Shown piece after piece: positions 11,801 to 22,870 of a stretch of DNA of 49,125 nt. Within the stretch, counting starts at the first letter, position 1. Every line of letters starts with the position of its first letter. Origin of the DNA: Coniocarpon cinnabarinum (taxonomy: Eukaryota); the NCBI GenBank assembly GCA_051942205.1, contig JAVECO010000066.1:62001-111125 (forward strand), read 5' to 3'. The notes beneath the pieces were generated by a model that had not been told where the DNA came from, did no database searches, and worked only from the letters and a program-made list of their open reading frames with translations. Position numbers and translations under genes: made by a program.

Positions 11801-14544
11801 ATGGGTGTGACCGTTGGTGAACGAACCCCCGTTGGCTGCAAGCTACCACCGACTCCTCCGGTGTCCGAGTGCAACAGATTCTCGCGCTCGCCATCACCAT
11901 CTTCTTGTTCAACTGACTCCGAAAATGCACTCCCACTTCCTCCGCCAAGGCCTCAACTGAATGTTTTGGACGTCGATAAAAACACGCCGGATCGCCACGT
12001 GCCACGAGACCCACGTCTGATAAGACTTACAGGCACCCATCCGTTCAACGTTGAAGCACCTCTGTCTGATCTGTTTAATGAGGGATTTCTGACCAGCCAA
12101 GAGTTGTTCTATGTGCGAAATCATGGCGCTGTGCCGCAGGTCGACGATGGGAACATCCCGGACTGGGAGTTCTCGGTTGAGGGGTGAGAGCGCTCCGTAG
12201 CAAGATGATTAGACGCCTGCAGCTGAACCGTATTAGTCTTGTCGATCGCCCTTTTAAGATGACATTTAGGGAGTTCCTGTCCGAATTTGAGCAAGTGACG
12301 TACCCTGCGACGCTCGTTTGCGCCGGCAATCGACGCAAAGAGCAAAATGTCGTCAGGAAGACCAAGGGCTTTTCGTGGGGTGCAGCGGGCGTGTCCACTG
12401 CCCTGTGGACCGGCGTACCCATGTCTGCACTGATCAGGAGGGCATCGCCCCGCCGCAAGGCTCGCTATGTCTGCATGGAGGGTGCAGACAACCTTGTAAG
12501 TAGATTTCGAATGCTCAAAAGATCGAGTCGCTGATTACGACAGCCCAAGGGAAATTATGGTACATCCGTGAAGCTGAGTTGGGTCTTAGATCCGAATCGC
12601 GGCATCATGCTGGCGCACAAAATGAACGGCGAGACGCTATCTCCTGATCATGGCAAACCACTTCGTGTCATCATTCCTGGACAGATTGGCGGGCGGAGCG
12701 TGAAGTGGCTTAAAAGGCTGATCGTCACTGAGAAGCCCAGCGACAATTGGTACCACATCTATGACAATCGCGTGTTGCCAACCACTGTCTCGCCCGAAGA
12801 ATCAGCGAACGACCCCCGTTGGTGGCAAGATGAGCGCTATGCTATATATGATCTCAACTGCAATTCGGCAATCGCCTACCCTGCGAATGACGAGCGATTG
12901 TGTCTGAAAGGAGCGCCTTCAGCGTACCGAGTGAAGGGCTATGCGTATAGCGGCGGTGGTCGAAGGATCACTCGAGTTGAGGTCTCAACAGACAGGGGCA
13001 AGACATGGCGACTTGCCAACATTGATTACCCGGAGGATCGTTACCGGGAAGTTATGGACGGCACGCATTTGTATGGAGGACGACTAGACTTGGACTGGCG
13101 GGACACGACGTTTTGTTGGTGTTTCTGGAACATCGATGTATCTGTCGACGAGCTCAAAGAGGCTTCAGACTTGGTTGTGCGCTCAATGGATGAGTCAATG
13201 CAGGTTCAACCGCGAGATATGTATTGGTCGGTTTTAGGCATGATGAACAACCCTTGGTTTCGTATCTCTATTGCTCACGAAGGTGACTATCTACGATTCG
13301 AGCATCCGACGCTCCCCGCATTGATGTCTGGTGGGTGGATGGAGCGCGTCAAGAAGGCCGGCGGCAACCTTACGAATGGCATGTGGGGTGAGGGATTAGA
13401 CAACGGAAAACACCATTCGGCGGACTCAGAAGCCCGGCCCGAAGATATCAAGCTTACTAAGGATGGCGTGGACCGTGTGATCACGATTGATGAGTTGAGC
13501 AAACATGACAATGCAGAGGGACCGTGGTTCGTGTTGAACGGTCAAGTCTACGATGGACGTCCCTTTATGCAAGAACATCCCGGTGGAGCACAGAGCATCA
13601 TTTCAGCGGCAGGGATGGACACGTCGGATGAGTTCATGGCTATCCACAGCGAGACGGCTAAAGCTATGATGCCATCATACCATATCGGTCAGCTTGACGA
13701 GGCATCTCGAAAAGCGCTGGCTGAGGGCGAAGTGCAAGAGAGTGCGTCAGCAGAGCCACGGGAATATTTCTTGAACGACCGCTCCTGGAACAAAGCTCTA
13801 CTCCACTCAAAGACCACGGTATCCTGGGACACGCGAACATTCCGCTTCCAATTGCAGCATGAAGAACAAAACCTGGGCCTGCCAACGGGAAAGCACATCA
13901 TGCTACGCCTTCGGGACCCTGCGACTCGTGAGACGATCATTCGTGCCTACACGCCCATATCTGAAGAGAAACAAAAAGGATATGTAGACGTCCTTGTGAA
14001 GGTCTACTTCAACACCGATGATCGCAAAGGGGGCAAGATGTCGCAAGCTATGGATTCCTTACCGATGGGACACTTTGTGGATTTCAAAGGTCCTATCGGC
14101 AAGTTTCAGTATTTGGGTCGGGGTCGATGCACCGTGAACAGTCGGGAGCGGATCATTAGGAACTTCTTCATGATCTGCGGAGGCAGCGGCATCACGCCCA
14201 TCTTTCAGGTGTTCCGTGCGATCATGCAAGACAAACACGAGACCACCCATTGCACCATTCTCGATGGTAATCGGCTGGTTGATGACATCCTATGCCGGAA
14301 AGAACTTGACGAGTACGCCTTGGGCAATGGTCACAAATGCAAGGTCCTTCATACCCTCACTCAGGCCCCTGAGGACTGGAAAGGTCTTCGAGGCCGGATC
14401 GCGGAACCACTATTGAAAGAGCATTGCAAGCGTGAACATGCACAGTCGATGGTTCTGATATGCGGGCCGGAGGCTCTGGAGAAAAGCGTGCACAGAGCGC
14501 TCAGAGAGCAGGGGTGGCCTGATGAGGATTTGTTGTTCTTTTGA
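11801..14544 (+). CDS. niaD: Assimilatory NAD(P)H nitrate reductase (Moco, cytochrome b5 and FAD/NAD domains)
   Basis: RLTGTHPFNVEAP, FYVRNHGAVP, TLVCAGNRRKEQN, DHGKPLRVIIPGQIGGRSVKWL, b5 motif EHPGG, RAYTP, CGGSGITP and ICGP. Introns 12184-12236 and 12496-12543. Confidence 0.98.
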
Positions 14545-14735
14545 TGATGACGACGAAAAGTGTAACGACCAGGCTATGAAGACGACGAGAGCTAGTGAGA
14601 TGGTCATGATACCTGGAATAGAGAATACGTTCAAACTCCTGCGCATACTACCAAAGATCTGCCTCCCCTTGTGCTTCGCCATCACCGACGACTCCGCACG
14701 GACCACTGAATCATGTATGCTTAGTCATCGAGGAG

Positions 14736-14896
14736 AGATAAGACGTCCTCGATATCTTCCAATCACAGTCCGATCGACACAGGCAAGGATGCCACATCGC
14801 TGTCCAATCCAGGCCTGTAAACGCTGCCTACTATCAATGCTTCCTTCTCCGTTGTGGGTCAAGGCATTGCCGTGTGCGATGACAATCCAGCTATCA
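14736..14896. promoter_or_regulatory. HGATAR (AreA-type) sites in the niaD-niiA spacer
   Basis: AGATAA 14736, CTATCA 14831 and CTATCA 14891, upstream of niiA. Confidence 0.4.
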
Positions 14897-15207
14897 TCAT
14901 TGGCCCAGACCGAGCTTCGATGCAGCATCTCGAAAGATGCATCTGTCCCTGCTCCGTATCAGGCATCCGGCTGCATGCCCTTTCACCATCGATTCTGTTA
15001 CGAGCACGTTCATCGCCGGCCGAAACCCGGAACTGCAGCCCTCTGCATCGTCTGAGCCCTAGGACTCCGGAAACCCACGTGCAGCTGCCTGCATTCGTCC
15101 TTGTGTGATTCCTGTGCTTTAATATTTGCTGTCTTTCTTCCTTCCTGCATGTGGAATCTTGTTGTGGATTATACCTTGCTTCTAGGACTATCGTATTCAT
15201 TATCATC

Positions 15208-18200
15208 ATGAGCAACAGCGAGTGGAACGATGCTGAGGCGAATCGTCTGCCAGAAAAAGTGGCAAGCATGGCGCAGAATGATGAGATCCCCAGCAATGCC
15301 AAAAGAAAAAGGGTTGTCGTTGTAGGCTTAGGTATGGTTGGTATTGCTTTCATGTGCGTCAACCGTGGCTGTCGTCTCCCGAGTCGGTATCATATCAACG
15401 TCACCGGTTTAACACGTTCAACACAGTGAAAAGATGTTGAAGTTGGACGTCAAGCGCAGAGAGTGGGATATCATCGTCATTGGAGAAGAGCCTCATCTAG
15501 CCTACAACCGCGTCGGGCTGACGAGCTTCTTCCAACATCGCAAAGTGGAGAATTTGTATCTGAACCCTGAAGAATGGGTACGCGAGCTGTCACTCCACCC
15601 ACTTCTCTTCGATGGTGTTCTAATTGACGATTGTGCAGTACAGAAGTATGCCGAATGGCTCGTTGAGCTACCATGTCAACACCAAAGTCATCGAAATCCA
15701 CAAGGACGAGAAATGGGTCTCCTGCGCAGACGGAAGCACTGTGCCTTACGACGTTCTTGTTCTTGCCACGGGCTCAGACGCGCTGCTTCCGCGACATACG
15801 CCCGGCCATGACGCAAAGGGCGTTTTCGTATATCGTACCATTGACGACCTACAAAAGCTGATCGCCTTCGCACAGACGAAACGAGGGACGACGGGAACTG
15901 TAGTCGGTGGTGGACTACTCGGATTAGAGGCAGCGAAAGCAATGATGGATCTCGAGGATTTTGGTCAGGTCAAGTTGGTTGAGCGCAACCGGTGGGTTCT
16001 ATCGAGACAGCTTGATGGTGATGCGGGTGGGATGGTGGTGGATCAAGTGCGTGAGTTGGGTCTTGATGTGCTGCTTAGCAAGCGGGTGGGGAAGATCAAC
16101 GTGGACGATGAGAACAACGTAAATGGTGTGACCTTCGAGGATGGAGAGACGATGGAGTGCAGCTGCATATGCTTTGCAGTAAGTGATTGATGGATAGTCT
16201 GGTGTCAGATGAGACTGACACATCACAGATTGGCATACGAGCACGTGATGAGCTGGCACGCAAGGCCGGCATCAAATGTGCTGACCGTGGCGGCGGTGGC
16301 ATCACCATAGACAACAATCTACAAACCTCCTTACCAGATATCTACGCAATAGGCGAATGTGCAAGTTGGGAGAACTCGACCTTCGGTCTCATCGGCCCAG
16401 GCGTCGAGATGGCCGACGTCCTCGCCTTCAACCTCACACAAGCCAAAGCCCATTCACCTCGGACATTCCAGCGGCCCGACCTTAGCACGAAGTTGAAGTT
16501 ACTCGGTGTGGAAGTCGCTAGCTTTGGCGACTTCTTCGCTGATCGTGATGGACCTAAGGAGCTTCCTGTCAAGCGACACGGCGACAAGAAGCATCCAAAG
16601 AGTACAGTCGAATCCAAGGACCGTGTCAGGAATTTGACCGAAGGACCGGCACCACCGCCTGTCAAAGCGCTAACGTACAAAGACCCCTTTCAACAGGTCT
16701 ACAAAAAATACCTCTTCACCCTCGACGGGAAGTACCTCCTCGGCGGCATGATGATCGGCGACACCAAAGACTACATCAAGCTGGTGCCCATGGTCAAGAA
16801 CAAGAAACCGCTCGACAGCCCGCCGTCAGAGTTGATCATTGGTAAGTCCTCAGGTGACGACGACACTTCCGACCTCGCCGACGACACGCAAATCTGCTCC
16901 TGCCACAATGTGCTCAAAGGCGATATCACCAAGTCCGTCAAAGATGGCACCTGCAAGTCCGTCGGCGACGTCAAATCCTGCACCAAAGCTGGTACCGGCT
17001 GCGGCGGATGCATGCCCCTCGTCCAGACCATCTTCAACAAGACGATGGCGTCCATGGGTCAAGAGGTCAAAAACCACTTGTGCCCTCACTTTGAATACTC
17101 CCGCGCGGACCTCTACCACATCGTCTACGTCCGCAAACTCGACTCCTTCTCCAAGATCATGTCAGAATGCGGCAGAGAGCCCGACAGCACCGGCTGCGAG
17201 GCGTGCAAACCTGCGATCGCTTCGATCTTGGCTTCTGTCTATAACAAACACATCATTGACTCTTCACGTCGCGGGCTGCAAGATACGAACGATCGCTTCC
17301 TCGCCAACATCCAACGAAACGGCACGTTCTCAGTCATCCCCCGCGTCGCCGGTGGCGAAATCACACCCGATAGACTCATCATCATTGGCACCGTTGCTAA
17401 GAAATACAACCTCTACACTAAAATCACAGGCGGTCAGCGCATCGACATGTTCGGCGCCAAAAAGGGCGATCTGTTGGCAATCTGGCAGGAGCTCATCGAC
17501 GGGGGCATGGAATCCGGCCACGCCTACGCGAAGTCGCTGCGCACGGTCAAGTCCTGTGTGGGCACGACATGGTGTCGTTTCGGCATCGGCGATTCAGTAG
17601 GCATGGCCGTCCGGCTGGAAGAGCGCTATAAATCCCTCCGCAGCCCGCACAAAATCAAAGGCGGTGTCTCCGGCTGCGTCCGCGAGTGCGCTGAGGCACA
17701 GAACAAGGACTTCGGCCTGATCGCCACGGAGAAAGGCTTCAACGTCTTCGTCGGCGGCAACGGCGGCGCTACACCCCGCCATTCTGAGTTGCTCGCCAAG
17801 GACGTCCCGCCTGACGACGTGGTCCCCATCCTCGATCGCTACCTCGCTTTCTATATCCGCACGGCGGACAAACTGCAGCGCACCGCCCGATGGATCGAGA
17901 ATCTCCCTGGAGGCATCATGTATTTGCGTGATGTGGTTCTGGAGGATAAATTGGGGATCTGCGCCGATCTGGAGAAGCAGATGGGCGAGCTGGTGAGTTC
18001 TTACTTTTGTGAGTGGACGGAGACGCTCAAGAATCCGGAGCGACGGAAGCTCTTTTCGCAGTTTGCGAATACGGATGCATCTCTTGAGGGTGTTGAGGCG
18101 GTTAAGGATCGGGCGCAGGACCGCCCTGCTTATTGGCCTGCTGAATCAGCTACCGAGGACTTCAGGGGTCATCAATGGAGCAACACGACATGGCAGCCCA

Positions 18201-18748
18201 TCATCGAGGCTTCAAAATTCGAAGACATACCCACCGGTTCTTCCAACTCGATCAAAAGAGGCGACACTCAACTCGCCATCTTCAAGATCAAAGGCAAGTT
18301 CTACACCACGCAACAAATGTGCCCGCACAAACGCGCGTTCGCGCTCTCCGACGGATTGATAGGCGAAGATTCCCCCAAAGACAAACTCTGGGTCTCGTGT
18401 CCCTTCCACAAGCGGAACTTCGAACTCAAAGGATCGAACGCGGGGATATGCGGCAACGACGCTAGTGTCAACATCGCGACGTTTGAGACGGAAGCGAGAG
18501 GCGATGGGTGGGTTTATGTCAAGCTCCCTTCGGTGGAAGAGTTGGATGCTCTTTTGGGAACAGAGAGGTGGAAGGTCAAGGCGAACGAGACAGGGGATCC
18601 ATTCCGCAAGATGGACGAGAAGTTGAGTTTGAAAGGTCTTCGAAGAAGAAGGGGTGTCAGTCATTTGGAGGGCGGACGGGGGGAGAAGGGCAAGGCTGGG
18701 GCGATTCTGGGTGGAGAGGAGAAAGAAGTGGGAGGGATGGAATGGTGA
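15208..18748 (+). CDS. niiA: Assimilatory NAD(P)H nitrite reductase (FAD, BFD-like 2Fe-2S, siroheme and Rieske domains)
   Basis: [36 protein letters not shown]...[33 protein letters not shown], and Rieske CPHK...CPFH. Introns ~15354-15426, 15578-15638 and 16179-16228. The start could instead be the ATG at 15268. Confidence 0.98.
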
Positions 18749-18920
18749 GTCATGTGGTCAGACGGCATCCTGATGACAGTGGGAGATGAGGAGTACTATC
18801 TCGAGATGGCTTCGACTGAGATGACGGATATCTGGAATGCAAGATAGATGCGAGTAAGTGATGGGAAACAGTGATCGAGGGATGAGACGGATTATCCTCT
18901 ATTGTTAAGATCTAATGTAG

Positions 18921-19858
18921 GAATGCAATGGAATGGCTTTGACGATGCATCCTGTGCCTTAAGCTGAAGATAAGCAAACAGTAAACAAGACAAGAAGGGG
19001 TCACTCATCCAGTATTGAAGTCGACGGTACTGAACCGTAATGAGATACTTGAACGAAGACTCGCGTAGCCCAAGCTAACTCTCTATCCCTTGCATACAGT
19101 CTCTAACTCAGTGCGATGTCGACGTCAGCATAAGCCTATATAAGCCATAATAAAACGCTCAAGAGAAGCACAAGCTTCGAAAAGATCGAGCGATACAGAA
19201 ACGGTAGTCAAGAGAAGGAATCCTGATCACTCTAGGGCTGGTATGTATTATAACAAAATGCAATCAAGATACTTGAACAACAAAAGTCATGCCCAAAGCT
19301 GAATCGCTATTCCTGCGCACAGTCCCCAAACTCAGCACAATGTCTCCGTCCGAACAAGCCTAGACAAGTTCAAAGGAAACGTTCAAGAGACGCTCAAGCT
19401 TTAAAAAGTCGAATGGTAGGACAAATATGATCAAGAGAAAGAACAGCGCTACTCTCGGACTGCTATAAATCAAAGTGATACACAATGAAACAACCATTGC
19501 GAAGGACGCCATGCCTAAAGCTAGATCCTCATCTCTTGCACGCTATCTTTCAATTGAGGAAGATGCCTACGTGAGAATAAACCGATGTCGTTTCACATCA
19601 GACGCTTGAGGGAAGCACAAGCTTCGGGAAGGTCGAGTCAGGGAAAGACGTGATTAAGAGAAGGACCAGTATCACTCTTGGACTGGTACAAGAGTATACT
19701 AAGACGCAATGGAATGACCGTAATGAAGAGCTACTGTACCAAAAGCTAAATCTTGATTCCTAGATACAGTCTCAAAGCCCTGGGGTATAACGTCTACGCA
19801 AGAGCGAGCCTATTGAGCTTCATGTTAAACGCTGCAAGGAAGCAGAAGCTTCGAAAAG
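18921..19858. repeat. Diverged non-coding tandem repeat, ~224-bp unit, about 4 copies (3 full plus partials)
   Basis: Anchor AAGCT at 19072/19296/19518/19743. A block resembling AAACGCTCAAGAGAAGCACAAGCTTCGAAAAG at 19153/19377/19600/19827. YAAGAGAA at 19209/19432/19655. Units 1 and 2 are roughly 70% identical by eye, with single-base indels. No ORF of 60 aa or more in the region. Confidence 0.88.
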
Positions 19859-20211
19859 CTCATCAGTTACCTACATGGACGCTTGTCTGAGATACTAAGG
19901 ACAGCATAAAAAGTATCATGCAACGACACGTACGTGCAAGAAGAATAAAGTCGAAAATGAGAATGATACAGCAAAGAAAGGAAACGTTACCACACCATCG
20001 CTCAGTCTGATATCACCTCCACAAGCTGCTTATCGAGCTTATAGACACATTCCCACGCAATGAGTCTTCTCTTCAGCATAGCCAAACACGAAGACGCACA
20101 CACAGCTGGAAGCAACGAGAAACCCTACAAGAAATCCACCAAATTCACCGGCGCACCGGCGTTTTCATTGAATGAAACAGTCTATCAACTACGGAACCCA
20201 CTCTCCGCCCA

Positions 20212-21816
20212 TCACAAATCCTCTCCTTCCTGCGCAGCGGCCAACTTGTCCAACTGCGCCTCCATATCGTCATCAATCTCGGCTTCGCCGACCACCGGAG
20301 CAAGGGATTTCCCACTATACCAATCAGTAATCCGCTGTCAAATCATGGAAAAGGGTACTCACGTCTTCTGCTTCTTCGCAGCCGGTGCCTCCTTCTCGAT
20401 GTCATCACCGCTCTCTTCGACATCCCCCCCATCATCACTAATGGCCATAGCTTCAGCGACATCATCAGCATCAACCTCCTCGACGTCACCATCCAGATTC
20501 TGAGTCATTGCGCCGACGCCGGTGTTGCGCACGTCGTCAGACATGTCCGTCACAGCGGCCCAACGCTCTCGCAAAACGTTGCTGCCCACTTTACGGCCTG
20601 AGATCTTGAACCACACGGCGGCCACACTGGTCCATTTGCATTTCTCGAATGCTTCTTCCACTTGGTGCTTTGCCCGCGTGATAGCGGCGTCTTCGTCGGC
20701 CGTGAAGTTCGAGGTGCGAGCCATGATGCGTGCGTGGCGAGTTTTGACGGCGTTGTCGGAGATGTCCTGTTTCTTGGTGATTCGCATGTACATTCGGGCA
20801 CACTCGTGCCAGTTGCGGCCCTCTGCACGGGCACTGAGGAGTTTTTTGTCGACGTGGCTCATATCACGTTTGGAGGTTGGAAGAGGGATGCCGTTGAATG
20901 GGTCGTTGGCGTCATCGACACGCATCGGGGAAGGAGCAGGTTCGACATAATTATCTTCGGCGTCGGCAGCATCGGCAGCGTTGGCAGCATTGGCAGATTC
21001 TTGAACAGGAGAGTTGTACGAGACCTCAATGTAGCGCTTCTTTGGCTTGGCCACTTTGTCCGGGTCGTAATTAGAGATATCAGAGTTAGAGTGCTTGCCG
21101 GCTTCGTCGTCGGAAGACATGACGACTTTGTTTTGGCTTGCTTGACGGGCAAGGGCAGAGCGGAGCGTGCTGTCTTCAGAATCGGCACGCTCTGGACGCT
21201 TTTGCGAAGGCGTGGCGTAGGCGTTGACGGCACGCTGCTTCGCCCTGATGCTTGTTTTGGTCGCCGCGGGAGTCTTATTCATTGATGGCTTCTGGGGTGG
21301 AGGCACGTCCGACTCGGATTCGAGTTCAATGGGCAGATCCGTGAGTGGAGAGTACGACGGGCGGCCGGCTCGTTGCTTGCCGGCGCTCTTGGGCGTGCTC
21401 TTGGGCGTGCCTGTGGGCGGAGAAAGAATTTTCTGCGGCTGTAAATACTCAGTACAGCACAGGTGAAAGAAGAAATGAATACTGACACTCGCAACCGGAG
21501 ACTCGTCATCGTCCGAATCGATGACAATAGCACCTGACGCGTGGCGCCCAGGAAGAGAAGGCGAATCCGAATCCGAATCGCTTCCCACAATCACCACGGG
21601 ATATGCAGCTTGAGACTGCTTGAACGGGGTACTCTTGGGCTCACCGCCGCTCACAGGCTTCGCCTGTTGATGCCCTTGTGATGATTCCTGCTCTTGAGTG
21701 AGGGTTTGAACCCCATCATGTCGCTGGGGTTCGGGCGATTCGTCCTCATCCATGAAATAAGGATTCCGACGACTGGTCCCAGGAGCAGGCTCGGGAGACA
21801 TGTTGTCACCCGACAT
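20212..21816 (-). CDS. Fungal protein with a long disordered S/D/P-rich N-terminus and tandem Myb/SANT-like helical repeats
   Basis: DKKLLSARAEGRNWHECARMY...AVKTRHARI followed by FTADEDAAITRAKHQVEEAFEKCKWTSVAA...VLRERWAA. Introns 21439-21486 and ~20315-20362; last exon GKSLAPVVGEAEIDDDMEAQLDKLAAAQEGEDL*. Confidence 0.75.
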
Positions 21817-22023
21817 AATGACAGATGTAGAGAGGACGGTGCACTTTTGAGAAAGTATGTTTTTGGCGAGCAGAAAATGTGAGAGCTGGCGTGGGGGGCT
21901 CCGCCTGTCACCTTGAAATTTGTTGTGATTACCGCGCCCAAACATGTAACCTAGGCTACGCGTGAGGCGGCTGCTTCACGTGCTGCTGCGACACCTGAAA
22001 TAACCATAGGCGGATATTAGCGG

Positions 22024-22870
22024 TCACCTGAGATACCTTAATACGAGGTAGCAGAACCCGAAGAAAATCACTACGCCACCCCAGAATATCCATTTATCCT
22101 GCTTTGCTCGCCTCTCCACCATGCGAATCGTGTCGCCGCTGATTCCCAGGGTGTTTCCAACGCTGTACAGCTTTTTCTGCGTCCCTTTCAACATTTCACG
22201 CTGCTGCCCAAGGTCACCGAGCACATTGCGTCCACGCTCGAGAAACTCGTCCAATTGAGCATTGGCTTGCTGCGCGAACGACTGTTCCCGAAAAGCATGA
22301 TTCTCTCGGTTATAGTCCTGCGGGCCTGCACCGAGTGCAGAACCATTGGCGGGCCGGAAGGGTGAATTATTCGCAGCTAATTGCGAAGTGTTCGCGTAGG
22401 GATTCTCAGGGGTGGCCGCATGATGTGGTCGCCGACCGAGGAGCTCATTGCGGTTCTGTGATTGATTCTGCCACTCAAACATGAGCCTTGATGTGTGCTT
22501 TCAACGTCTTTGGCTAATGCTATACATACAGCTTCCTCCCGCGCCTGCTTCACCTTGTCCAACTGCGAGCGATAGTCGCCGAGCTCGCCACGAAAGTTCT
22601 TCACCCGGTCGAACGCCTTGGTCTGCTTCTCTGGCACAATCTCCTGCTTCGCGAGGCGATTGTAGTCGTCGATGGTCCGGGAGAAAGACGTAAGGGATGC
22701 ACTGAGCTCGCCTTGCTTGGCGGCTGTGCATGTCGCTGGCGCCTCACTGATTGGGGTGAGCTCCTTTCGAATGGCGTTCGACTGGCGCAAGGCAGAATTA
22801 AAGAGCGATTGCTGGTTGGCTTGATCAGCATGGCCTTTCTCACGAGGAGCATCCCCAGTCTGCGTACCAT
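22024..22870 (-). CDS. BOS1: ER-Golgi Qb-SNARE Bos1 (GOSR2/membrin family)
   Basis: ATG-only first exon, then QSLFNSALRQS, RNELLGRRPHHAATPENPY, the SNARE motif LDEFLERGRNVLGDLGQQREMLKGTQKKLYSVGNTLGISGDTIRMVERRAKQDKWIF, and a C-terminal TM anchor. Two introns. Confidence 0.95.

Noticed and set aside
18921..19858. CRISPR-like or protein-repeat interpretation of the tandem array
   Set aside because: Eukaryotic context, no cas genes, whole units are homologous (no unique spacers), and single-base indels and stops exclude a coding repeat.
21439..21486. Stop-free 48-nt in-frame intron in the Myb-like gene as an alternative-splicing candidate
   Set aside because: The retained peptide (VSIHFFFHLCCTEYLQ) is typical intron read-through within a disordered region; short 3n stop-free introns arise by chance.
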